DNA from: a virus
Strand: one strand, 5' to 3'
IMG/VR virus record: IMGVR_UViG_3300043446_001144
Span: 1-64,000 of that record
DNA length: 64,000 nucleotides
Part shown: positions 44,147 to 53,700 of the stretch, piece after piece
Layout of the letters: every line of letters starts with the position of its first letter
How positions within the stretch are numbered: the stretch's first letter is position 1
The notes under the pieces: generated by a model
Told to the model about the DNA's origin: nothing
Database searches by the model: none
What the model saw: only the letters and a program-made list of their open reading frames with translations
Program-made: the position numbers and the translations under genes

Positions 44147-45643
44147 CTATGCCACCCGTGTGATAGAGGCCACGTAGAACGTGTAAGTGTTTGTTGTCCC
44201 AGAGTTCATTGTTAGTTTTAGGTAGTTTAAGGCAGTTGTGTCTACTGCTACGGCAGTGGTGGTGTTGGTTGTGACTGTGCTGCCGTTGTAATGACTGGTT
44301 GTGCTTCCAAGAATAGTTCCGGCAATTCCAGTACTTCGCACTGTAATAAGGGCATTTATTTCTATTGCCCCTGCAGTTGCTGTTGCTCCAATGGTTCCTG
44401 TTGTTGCGACGGTACCAGTCGTTGCGGATGTAGTTGTTCCTACTCTAACATTGTAGGTAGCAGTAACATTGTTAGTTCCAGTGCGAACTCCGTATGCCCT
44501 TACAATGTAACTAGAACCAACTACTAAAGCATCTGCGGCTACAGCAAGGTTGATAACGTTGGTCTCTGTCGCTGCAGTTGTGGTTACGCTGGTTGTTAAT
44601 GAACTACCACTTAAACCCAGAGTGCCTTGAATTCCTTGTGTACCTATTGTTCCTTGGTTTCCTGTTAAACCTGTAGTTCCCTGGAATCCTTGAATTCCCG
44701 TAAGACCTTGAGTTCCTTGTCGGCCTTGAATTCCTTGAGTACCTTGAGCACCTGTGGCACCTTGAATACCGTTAGTTCCCTGTGTACCAACCGTACCTTG
44801 AGAGCCTAGTGTTCCTTGAATACCCTGTCTTCCTTGAATTCCTTGTGTTCCTTGCGTACCAAGGACACCTTGTGTTCCTTGTCGGCCTTGAATTCCTTGA
44901 GTACCAATGACTCCTTGAATACCTGTTAAACCTTGCGCACCAACACCAACCGAACCTTGCGCACCAATTACTCCCTGTATTCCTTGAGTTCCCTGTGTGC
45001 CGAGCGTTCCTTGAGAGCCGGTTGTTCCTTGACGTCCCTGTACACCTTGTACTCCTTGAAGACCTGTAAGACCTTGGTTTCCAGCAATACCTTGTGCACC
45101 AGCAGTTCCCTGTGCACCCTGTTGACCAACACCTGTAATTCCCTGTAAACCAATGTAGCCCTGCAATCCTTGCGCACCTGCAGTTCCTTGCGCACCATTA
45201 CTGCCACTAGTTCCAGAAGAGCCTTGCGTTCCTGTTCTACCTTGAACACCTTGTGTTCCATTTGTGCCCTGAATACCCGCAGAACCGTTAGAACCTGCAG
45301 TTCCTTGTGTTCCTGTTCCCGCAACACCTTGAGTTCCATTTAAACCTTGAGTACCAGTCGTACCCTGACGACCTTGAGTTCCTTGAGCACCTGTTCCATT
45401 TGCTCCTTGAATACCAAGCGCACCCTGTGTTCCAGTAAATCCTTGAATACCTATTGTTCCAGTTGTTCCTTGGAGTCCTAACGGACCACGAGTTCCTTGT
45501 ACGCCTTGACGACCTTGAGTTCCTTGTCGGCCTTGAATAGCCTGTGTACTTAAAGATTGGATTCCAGCATCTAAATAATCAAGCGCTGCATTAAGTGTGA
45601 CATCCCAATCGGATTGTCCTGCAACGGGCTTTTGAAGTGGCAC
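44147..45643 (-). CDS. Collagen-like fibre (G-X-Q/T repeats) with globular C-terminal head
   Basis: N-terminal P..G...W...LN.ALD anchor; about 300 aa of Gly-X-Y; Thr-rich beta head. Confidence 0.85.
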   Translation of the reverse strand: MPLQKPVAGQSDWDVTLNAALDYLDAGIQSLSTQAIQGRQGTQGRQGVQGTRGPLGLQGTTGTIGIQGFTGTQGALGIQGANGTGAQGTQGRQGTTGTQGLNGTQGVAGTGTQGTAGSNGSAGIQGTNGTQGVQGRTGTQGSSGTSGSNGAQGTAGAQGLQGYIGLQGITGVGQQGAQGTAGAQGIAGNQGLTGLQGVQGVQGRQGTTGSQGTLGTQGTQGIQGVIGAQGSVGVGAQGLTGIQGVIGTQGIQGRQGTQGVLGTQGTQGIQGRQGIQGTLGSQGTVGTQGTNGIQGATGAQGTQGIQGRQGTQGLTGIQGFQGTTGLTGNQGTIGTQGIQGTLGLSGSSLTTSVTTTAATETNVINLAVAADALVVGSSYIVRAYGVRTGTNNVTATYNVRVGTTTSATTGTVATTGTIGATATAGAIEINALITVRSTGIAGTILGSTTSHYNGSTVTTNTTTAVAVDTTALNYLKLTMNSGTTNTYTFYVASITRVA

Positions 45644-45658
45644 TATGTATTACCTTTC

Positions 45659-46249
45659 CTAGTAACCGTAACTACTGTCGCCATAGCCATTTGCACCGTA
45701 GCCAAAGTATTCGGTAGATGTTGCATACTGTTGGAACTGCGGGTCATTGACCATTTCTTCGGAATTGACCATGTTACAGTCAATAGTGACTACTGAGTAT
45801 CTATCCTTATATCTTCCTCGTGGGTTAACTCGCGTGGGAACAAAGACAAATCCTTGAAATATAATACGGTCTTTTATATGTTTGCTTGGGTCTGTAATCA
45901 TTGCTGGAAGAAGTCTGTTTATATCTGCGACACTTACTACTAAGCGTAGAGTATCTGTGGTGTAGAAGCCTCGCTCATTCATAATATTGCTGCCACGCAT
46001 CTGTTGGGCAAGAATTACAGGTAATTTAAAGGAGGTATTCCAACGCCTTCCCTTGTTATCTACTTGATTTGAGACGTCGTAGATGGGGTCTACCCAGTTC
46101 GTATAGTTTTGGCGTAAAGCATCAGCATCCCAAACCCACCAATCAACCTCAGTTCCTACGGGGTCGCGTAACTCATCAACGATACCCTCATCCATGGACT
46201 GGGTTTCGTAGTCGATTTTAAAGCGTCCTTGGACTTTAGTCCCACGCAT
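45659..46249 (-). CDS. Head closure/neck protein with C-terminal YG repeats
   Basis: DPIYD, ERGFYT.DTL, DRI.F.G.VF; GGGAGG RBS before ATG 46249. Confidence 0.65.
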   Translation of the reverse strand: MRGTKVQGRFKIDYETQSMDEGIVDELRDPVGTEVDWWVWDADALRQNYTNWVDPIYDVSNQVDNKGRRWNTSFKLPVILAQQMRGSNIMNERGFYTTDTLRLVVSVADINRLLPAMITDPSKHIKDRIIFQGFVFVPTRVNPRGRYKDRYSVVTIDCNMVNSEEMVNDPQFQQYATSTEYFGYGANGYGDSSYGY

Positions 46250-46320
46250 AGAACCTCCCAACGGCATTGATACGATACCAATTTTTTGAGGAAAAAATGT
46301 GCTGGATTATCGGGACATAG

Positions 46321-46329
46321 TGTTAGGAT
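46321..46329 (+). promoter_or_regulatory. Extended -10 of a leaderless transcript (TG-T-TAGGAT-N6-ATG)
   Basis: 6 nt to ATG 46336; no SD. Confidence 0.6.
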
Positions 46330-46335
46330 GCCCCC

Positions 46336-47337
46336 ATGAATTTGGTACAACGAGCAGTCTCATCTGGCGGAAAACTTGCCCCTCTAGTCATCTCCCACGG
46401 TCTAACCGCTGGAACAGGGCTAATGAACCCCTCAATTTTTATAGACGATGAAGGCGATATTCTTGTCAATTTACGGCATGTTAACTACACCCTCTATCAT
46501 GCAGAAAATCATCAGAAGTTCCCAAGTAGATGGGGACCTCTCTCTTATTTGCATCCAGAAAAAGACCAACGTCTAGTTACCGTCAATTATGTTTGTCGTC
46601 TAGACGAAAATCTCTTAATGACTGATTTTGCAAAAGTTGATACTTCTAAGTTTGATGTTGAGCCTAAATGGGAATTTGTTGGTGAAGAAGACTGCCGTCT
46701 TGTTCAATGGGATGGCGACTACTATTTAGTAGGCGTTCGTAGAGATACTACTACTAATGGTGAAGGACGTATGGAGTACAGTAAAGTGACAATAGATAAA
46801 CGCAAATGGTCTGTTAAAGAGGTTTCTCGTGTTCGCATTCCTGCTCCTATGCCCAACATCTCTTACTGTGAAAAGAATTGGGTACCTATTATTGATAAAC
46901 CTTATCACTTTGTAAAATGGGTATCCCCAGTAGAAATTGTAAAAGCGTCCCCCAACAAATCGGAATGTGACCAAGTTAAATTAAAACAGTGTCTTGTTAC
47001 TCCCATGGACCAACGAGGAAGTTCTCAAGTTATTAGATGGAAAGGACAGTACATCTCTATAACACACGATGTTGATTTATTTAAAAATTATTTGAATCAA
47101 AAAGACGGAATCTATCGTCATCGTGTACTAGTTTGGAATGATGACATGAACCTTATTGGAATTTCTAATCAATTTTCTTTTTTAGATGCTCGAATAGAGT
47201 TCTGTGTTGGGGCTGCAGTTCATAACGAAGATTTATTGATATCTTTTGGATTTCAAGATAACGCTGCTTTTGTGCTGAGAACTCCTGCACATATTGTGGA
47301 CGCTCTTGTAGAGGAGGCTTTGCAATATGGCAATTGA
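46336..47337 (+). CDS. Five-bladed beta-propeller glycosidase/phosphorylase-like protein (GH130/DUF377-like)
   Basis: NPSI, GEEDCRL, EKNWVP, RGSSQ, IEFCVG, ISFGFQD. Confidence 0.7.
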   Translation: MNLVQRAVSSGGKLAPLVISHGLTAGTGLMNPSIFIDDEGDILVNLRHVNYTLYHAENHQKFPSRWGPLSYLHPEKDQRLVTVNYVCRLDENLLMTDFAKVDTSKFDVEPKWEFVGEEDCRLVQWDGDYYLVGVRRDTTTNGEGRMEYSKVTIDKRKWSVKEVSRVRIPAPMPNISYCEKNWVPIIDKPYHFVKWVSPVEIVKASPNKSECDQVKLKQCLVTPMDQRGSSQVIRWKGQYISITHDVDLFKNYLNQKDGIYRHRVLVWNDDMNLIGISNQFSFLDARIEFCVGAAVHNEDLLISFGFQDNAAFVLRTPAHIVDALVEEALQYGN

Positions 47338-47887
47338 AGATTTGATAGTTGACTTATCAAGTGACCCGTTCAATCACGAAAAGAACTTCACCGTTGCAAG
47401 TGAATATCAAAAGTTAAATCAAACCGCTTCTGCTGTTTCCTTTTACCTAAGAACTGCAGAGTATGGTCCAGAAAAAGGAAGCCCACATGTATACGCATCT
47501 CTATTAAAGATGGCGAGATGCTTTAATGACCAGCATGACAGAAAGCACACTGTAACAAACTGTCTACTTCAAGCAATTGCTTATTGGCCTGAACGACCAG
47601 AAGCGTACTTTTATCTATCGCAATTTCATGAAAGAGAAAGTAATTGGCAAGAATGCTACACCTTTGCAGAAATTGGTCTTAATCTTGCTGATTTTGACAA
47701 ACTTCCAGGAGAACTTGACTATTACGGAAAGTATTGCTTGGAATTTGAAAAGGCAGTAAGCGCCTACTGGGTGGGACGTCGAGATGAGAGCATCAGTATG
47801 TTTATACAGTTAAAGACCAAAAATCTAGAGTCTGATTATGTTGAATCTGTAGAAACTAATCTAAGGAGTTTAGGTGTTACTTTTTGA
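47327..47887 (+). CDS. TPR-repeat protein
   Basis: A..FYLRTAE, QAI..WPERPEAYF.LS; helical repeats. Confidence 0.7.
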   Translation: MAIEDLIVDLSSDPFNHEKNFTVASEYQKLNQTASAVSFYLRTAEYGPEKGSPHVYASLLKMARCFNDQHDRKHTVTNCLLQAIAYWPERPEAYFYLSQFHERESNWQECYTFAEIGLNLADFDKLPGELDYYGKYCLEFEKAVSAYWVGRRDESISMFIQLKTKNLESDYVESVETNLRSLGVTF

Positions 47888-48545
47888 TATTGGTGCAAAC
47901 CGTGGTGACGCAGTAGTTGCTGGGTTAAACAAAGGGTACAAAGTAGTTGCTGTTGAGGCTGCTCCTAAAATATTCAGAGCATTAGAGACTAACTTTAAAA
48001 ATAACCCTAATGTTCGTACCATAAAGTTTGCTGTTTCTGAAAAAGATTTTGAAACTGTAAATTTCTACGAATGTATTGAAGATGGGCTTTCAACCCTAAA
48101 TTTAGACTGGCTTACAGCAGACACCATGCCATACAATGGGAAACGGTTTTGGACAGTAGAAGTTACGACAATAACTATCGACACTCTAGTTAATTTGTAC
48201 GGAAAACCTGACCTTATAAAAATAGACGTAGAAGGTGCAGAATGGTCTGTTTTCAAAGGAATGACGCAAAATTATGGAAAACTTACCTTTGAATGGACTT
48301 TTGAAACCATAAAAGAACACGAAAAACAATTAGACTATCTCTACACGTTAGGGTATACACATGTTGCTCCACAGTACATCGTCCATCACTTAGACGAGCC
48401 TACTGAATGGTATGAACTGCAGCAAAATAACCTCAATCAACTGTACATTTGGCATCAAGAGACCTCCGATGCATGGATAGAGGGTGGGTGGAAAACCGCA
48501 AACCTTAGACCAACTGCCGATGTTGGAATGTGTTGGGTAAAGTGA
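47874..48545 (+). CDS. FkbM-family methyltransferase
   Basis: FDIGANRG, AVEA, IDTL...PDLIKIDVEGAE. Confidence 0.9.
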   Translation: MLLFDIGANRGDAVVAGLNKGYKVVAVEAAPKIFRALETNFKNNPNVRTIKFAVSEKDFETVNFYECIEDGLSTLNLDWLTADTMPYNGKRFWTVEVTTITIDTLVNLYGKPDLIKIDVEGAEWSVFKGMTQNYGKLTFEWTFETIKEHEKQLDYLYTLGYTHVAPQYIVHHLDEPTEWYELQQNNLNQLYIWHQETSDAWIEGGWKTANLRPTADVGMCWVK

Positions 48546-48551
48546 TAGGGT
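48543..48551 (+). promoter_or_regulatory. Extended -10 of a leaderless transcript (TG-A-TAGGGT-N6-ATG)
   Basis: 6 nt to ATG 48558. Confidence 0.55.
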
Positions 48552-48557
48552 TTAGCA

Positions 48558-49235
48558 ATGACTAACGCTCTTCCGCATTTCAATATAATCTTTGCAACTC
48601 CAGGGCACTCTATGCTTCCCGGATATGTTCGAAGTATACTAAAAAGCACTTACTATTTGACTCACAAAGGTCTAACATGGAATTACCTTACTGATTATTC
48701 CTCTTTGGTTGCGCACGCAAGAGAAAAGACTATTGGTGGAACAGGTTATCAAGACCGCAGTAATAAAAAACCAGGTCATGGAACCTTTACCTACGATGTT
48801 ATAGTTTGGATTGACTCAGACATAGCGTGGGAGCCAGAAGATTTGTTTAGACTCATAGAGCATAAAGAGGAGATTGTTTCTGGGTGCTACATGATGGAGA
48901 ATGGAGAAGTGACTGTTTATCCAGAAGCATTAAAAAACGGTATGAGAGTAGAGGAAATTCTTCGCATGAAGAAGCCGTTTGAAGTTAGAGGAGTAGGTTT
49001 TGGGTTTTTAGCAATTAAGTATGGGGTATTTGAGCGCATGGAGCGTCCTTGGTTCTCTCAGGTCGAGGTCGAGGTAATGAATGATAAAACAGGAGAACCA
49101 GAATACAAATTTCCTCTTATGGGAGAAGACTTGTCTTGGTGTGAGAAGGCGCATCGTATGGGGTTGAAAATTTGGGTGGACCCACTTATCAGGGTGACGC
49201 ATCACAAACAAATAAAGTTGGAATGGCCTCGTTAA
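48558..49235 (+). CDS. GT-A fold (GT2-like) glycosyltransferase
   Basis: ATP, WIDSDI (DxD), VSGCY, GFGF, GEDLSWC, H.K. Confidence 0.85.
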   Translation: MTNALPHFNIIFATPGHSMLPGYVRSILKSTYYLTHKGLTWNYLTDYSSLVAHAREKTIGGTGYQDRSNKKPGHGTFTYDVIVWIDSDIAWEPEDLFRLIEHKEEIVSGCYMMENGEVTVYPEALKNGMRVEEILRMKKPFEVRGVGFGFLAIKYGVFERMERPWFSQVEVEVMNDKTGEPEYKFPLMGEDLSWCEKAHRMGLKIWVDPLIRVTHHKQIKLEWPR

Positions 49236-49760
49236 ATGCCTGTATCTAACCCAGAAACCAAACCTTGGATTGCTAAACAATTACTTGCTTTAAAACCTAG
49301 AACTGTTCTAGATGTTGGAGCAGGAAAAGGTTTATATTTAAACTTAGTATACGATGTACTTGGAAAACACAATGTTCACGTAACTGGCGTTGAAGTATGG
49401 GAAGAGTATGTAAACTTTTTTATGCTTGAAATGCGGTATGACAAGTTAGTAAAGGCTGACGTAAGAGACATGCAGGAGTTTAATTACGATTTAGTTATTC
49501 TTGGAGATGTCCTTGAACACATGTCCAAAGATGATGCGTTAGCATTGTGGACTAAGATAAGTAAACAGGCAAAATACGCTGTAATTGCTATACCTGTTGT
49601 TCATCACCCACAAGATGCAGTAAACGGTAATCCCTTTGAAGTACATGTAAAGGAAGATTGGACCACTACCGAAGTGCTAGAGAGTTTCCCTGGTATTATT
49701 GACCATGCCGAGTTTTCAGTATGCGGTGCCTTTTTAGCCAAATTTAAAGGAGATTTATGA
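49236..49760 (+). CDS. Class I SAM-dependent methyltransferase
   Basis: VLDVGAGKG, GVE, YDLVILGDVLEH, GNPFEVH. Confidence 0.9.
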   Translation: MPVSNPETKPWIAKQLLALKPRTVLDVGAGKGLYLNLVYDVLGKHNVHVTGVEVWEEYVNFFMLEMRYDKLVKADVRDMQEFNYDLVILGDVLEHMSKDDALALWTKISKQAKYAVIAIPVVHHPQDAVNGNPFEVHVKEDWTTTEVLESFPGIIDHAEFSVCGAFLAKFKGDL

Positions 49761-49897
49761 GTGTTTATAAACGCCCTGGTTGGACACACCCGTCACCTTT
49801 TGCAAATGCAGAAACTGCACCTACTGAACCGTTAGATGTCGTTTCAGAAGAAGAGCCTTTAGTAGATGAACCTTTGTTGCCTGTAGTAGAGGAATAG
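49757..49897 (+). CDS. 46-aa Pro/Glu-rich microprotein (absent from ORF track)
   Basis: AAAGGAGA RBS, ATGA overlap, abuts ATG 49898; MSVYKRPGWTHPSPF...PVVEE. Confidence 0.7.
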   Translation: MSVYKRPGWTHPSPFANAETAPTEPLDVVSEEEPLVDEPLLPVVEE

Positions 49898-50797
49898 ATG
49901 ACTGAGAAGGTTATGCCTATGGGAGGCTCTGACATTATGTTGGAGGGCCTCAAAAAATACGTAAATTTAGATGGGATAAACGTTATACAGTCAGTATGTG
50001 ATGAAAGGTTGATTGACTTAGATAAAAAGAATATTCTTTGGCAGCATTTGCCCGCAAATCAACCATTAGTTCAAGGAATTAGTGACAAGTATTTTCAACG
50101 GCAGTTAGATGCCACCGTTATGGTTTCTCACTGGCAACATGAAAAGTACAGATTTATGCATCAAATTCCGTTATCTAATGTTGTTGTTATAAAGAATGCT
50201 ATAGAACCTATAGAGTTTATTCCTCGTTCTACAGGTCGTAAAATAAAGGTAATATATGCGTCTCCGCCATATCGCGGTTTAGACGTAATGTTAGCGTCTT
50301 TTGAGTTATTAAACAGAGATGATGTTGAGTTAGATATTTACTCCTCTACGATTATCTATGGCTCAGATTATGTAAAACATGAGGGTGACCGATACGAACC
50401 TCTATTTAATAAAGCAAGGGAATTGCCTAATGTAAACTACATTGGTTATGTTCCTCATAAAGAGATGATAAGTGCCTTCCAAAATGCCGACATTCTTGCA
50501 TATCCTTGCACTTTTGAAGAAACTTCGTGTCTTACAGTAATTGAGGCCGCCGCTGCTGGGTGCAAAATTGTTACTACTAACATTGGCGGTCTTCCTGAAA
50601 CAGGCTCTGAATTTGCAACTCTAGTACCAATACAAGCAACACATCTCGAATTAGTGTCTAGTTTTTCTTACTTTTTAAATAAAGTAATTGATGAAATTGA
50701 TTCTTTTGATGGAGCGTACCAGTCATCTTTTTACAACAAAATGTATGATTGGGAAAGACGTGCTATTGAATGGAAGTCTTTAATTAGTATGCTCTAA
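49898..50797 (+). CDS. GT-B fold (GT4-like) glycosyltransferase
   Basis: MGGSD, VS.WQ, VIKNAI, YASPPYRGL, AYP..FEETSCL...EA.AAGC...GGLPET. Confidence 0.88.
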   Translation: MTEKVMPMGGSDIMLEGLKKYVNLDGINVIQSVCDERLIDLDKKNILWQHLPANQPLVQGISDKYFQRQLDATVMVSHWQHEKYRFMHQIPLSNVVVIKNAIEPIEFIPRSTGRKIKVIYASPPYRGLDVMLASFELLNRDDVELDIYSSTIIYGSDYVKHEGDRYEPLFNKARELPNVNYIGYVPHKEMISAFQNADILAYPCTFEETSCLTVIEAAAAGCKIVTTNIGGLPETGSEFATLVPIQATHLELVSSFSYFLNKVIDEIDSFDGAYQSSFYNKMYDWERRAIEWKSLISML

Positions 50798-53700
50798 TAT
50801 AAGGTGTATAACCATCGATAGTTTCAGAGAGTGCGTTAAAACTAAACGCATTTAAAACTGCAGAGGCTATACGAGGCGTACCATCCCTTGCAGCAATAAA
50901 CAAACCTCCACCGCTAGCAATACCTCGTATTGTACTTGTTCCAAATGTAGCAACATTAGTTACCCAAGTAATACCGTCTGTAGAAGTCTTTAATGCTCCA
51001 GCAGAACCACCTGCAACCCATAAGTTATTACCATAAGACAGTGCAGGTAAGGAATTAACACTAGCACTAAAAGAAGTTTGAACAGACCAATCAAGAGACT
51101 TAGAACTTACGTTTATACTTCCACCAGTACCTCCTGCTACGTAGATTCCGTTACCATACACACCCGCACCCAACCCACCAGAAAGGCCATTGGTAGTACG
51201 CGTAGTCCAAGTAACTGCATCAGTGGAGGTTTTTAAAAGACCAGTATTTGGTCCAGCAATTATCCAGAGGTTATTTGCGTAATCTAGTAAGTTAACGGTA
51301 CTCATACCGGCGCTCTGCGTAACCCAGGTAATACCATCAGTAGATGTTCGTACAGCATTAGCACCACCTGCAACCCATAGGTTATTCCCATAGGCTACGT
51401 TGGTTATTGCTGTAGTACCAAAATTTGAGGTTCTTGTAGTCCAGGTAACTCCGTCAGTAGATGTCCGGAGAGTCCCTCCAACACCGCCAGCCACCCATAG
51501 ATTGTTTCCATAGGCTACTGCGTTTATGTCAGAAGTACCGAAGTTTGACGTTTGTGTGGCCCAGGTAATGCCGTCAGTAGAAGTTCTGAGAGTCCCTCCA
51601 ACACCGCCAGCCACCCATAGGTTATTTCCGTAAGCGACTTCGTTTATTATTGAAGTACCAAAATTTGACGTTTGTGTAGTCCAGGTTACTGTATCAGTAG
51701 AGGTTCTGATGCCTCCAGCAGAACCGCCTGCAACCCATAAGTTATTGCCATAGGCTATAGAGTTTATTGATGTAAGACCAAAATTTGAGGTCTGAGTAGT
51801 CCAGGTAAGTCCATCAGTAGATGTTTTGAGAATTCCATTAGAAACACCTACTCCTACAAAAGTCCCATTACCGTAAGCAAGTGAGGCTATACTTGTGGTG
51901 CCCCAATTACTATAGACATAGTTCCATGTAGTGCCAAAATCTGAAAGAATTGCACTACTAGATTTGTATACTCTTGGAGTTGTATTAATCATGAAAGTTT
52001 GATTACCATACTTAACTACCTCATTAGCAACATTTGTTAGAGGAGTTCCTTGGAAATACCAGTTTAAACTTTTAGCGGTTGTTCTAATAACACCAGATTC
52101 ACCTACTGAAACAAAAAACTTATCTACATAAGTAAGATAATTAATAGTATTAGTAATTGACAATAGGTTTGCTGACTGCGTAGTCCAGGTAACTCCGTCA
52201 GTGGAGGTTCTTACTGTTCCAAATTGTCCAGCGGCTACCCATAGATTATCTCCATAGGCTACTGAGTTTATGGTAGTAGCACCGAAATTTGAAGTTTGTG
52301 TAGTCCAAGTAATGCCATCAGTGGAAGTTCTTAAAGTTCCTCCAACACCGGCTGCAACCCATAGGTTATTTCCATAGGCTATTGCGTTTATGGTAGTAGA
52401 ACCAAAATTTGAGGTCTGTGTAGTCCAAGTAATTGCATCAGTAGATGTCCGGAGAGTTCCGCTATTACCGCCTGCAATCCATAGGTTATTGCCATAGGCT
52501 ATAGAACGAACGTTTGTAGCACCAAAGTTTGACGTTTGTGTAGTCCAAGTAATGCCGTCAGTAGAGGTTCTGATAGTTCCGGCAGAACCTCCTGCAACCC
52601 ATAGGTTATTTGCGTAGGTTACTGTGTTTATTATTGAAGTACCAAAGGTTGATGTTTGTGTAGCCCAGGTAACTGCATCAGTGGAAGTTCTTAAAGTTCC
52701 AGAATTACCAACCGCAACCCATAGATTATTTCCATAGGCTACTGCGTTTAGGGTAGCAGTAGTATTTGACGTTTGTGTAGCCCATGTTGTAACAGTAGTG
52801 GTAGTTCTGAGAGTTCCATTATCACCAACTGCAACTAGAGTTCCATTGCCATAGGCCACTGCATTTAGATTAGTAGTAGTAGTATTTGAAGTCTGCGTGG
52901 CCCAGATAACTCCAGGGTCGCTATATGTGTTGTCACTTATACTTATTGCTCCGCTGTTGCCAACTGCTACCCAAATATTATTGCCAAAAGAAATATCGTT
53001 GATAGTAGTAGACAATATAGGCGCTTGTGGAATCCATGTGGTTACACTATTTAAGTCGGACATAGATGCAGCAGTTGTCGAAGGTCCTGCTACAAACACT
53101 CTTCCAGCACCATCAGATTCCATTGCTGTTAAAGATGTTCCATAACCTGTTCTAGTTATCCATTTAGGAGAAGTAGAATTTGAAACTCTTATTATTCCAC
53201 CAGTACCAACTGTTACAAAAAGACCATTACCGTAGGCTATGGATGATACGGTTGAAGAAAAATTTGAGGTTTGTGTAGTCCAGGTAATTCCGTCAGTGGA
53301 AGTTCTCACTGTTCCGCTTACACCAACCGCAACCCATATATTACTTCCATAGGCTACTGCGCTTATGTTAGAGGTACCAAAATTTGAGGTTTGAGTAGCC
53401 CAGGTAATGCCGTCAGTGGAAGTTCTGAGAGTTCCAGCATTGCCGCCAGCCACCCACAGGTTATTTCCATAGGCTACTGTGCTTATTGCTGTAGTACCAA
53501 AATTTGACGTTCTTGTAGTCCAAGTAACTCCATCAGTGGAAGTTCTTAGAGTTCCAGAAGAACCAACCGCTACCCATAAGTTATTTGCGTAGGCTACTGC
53601 ATATAGACTCTGTGAACCAAAGTTTGACGTTTGTGTAGCCCAAGTAACCCCGTCAGTAGAAGTCCTTAAAGTTCCAGCAGAACCGCCTGCAACCCATAAG

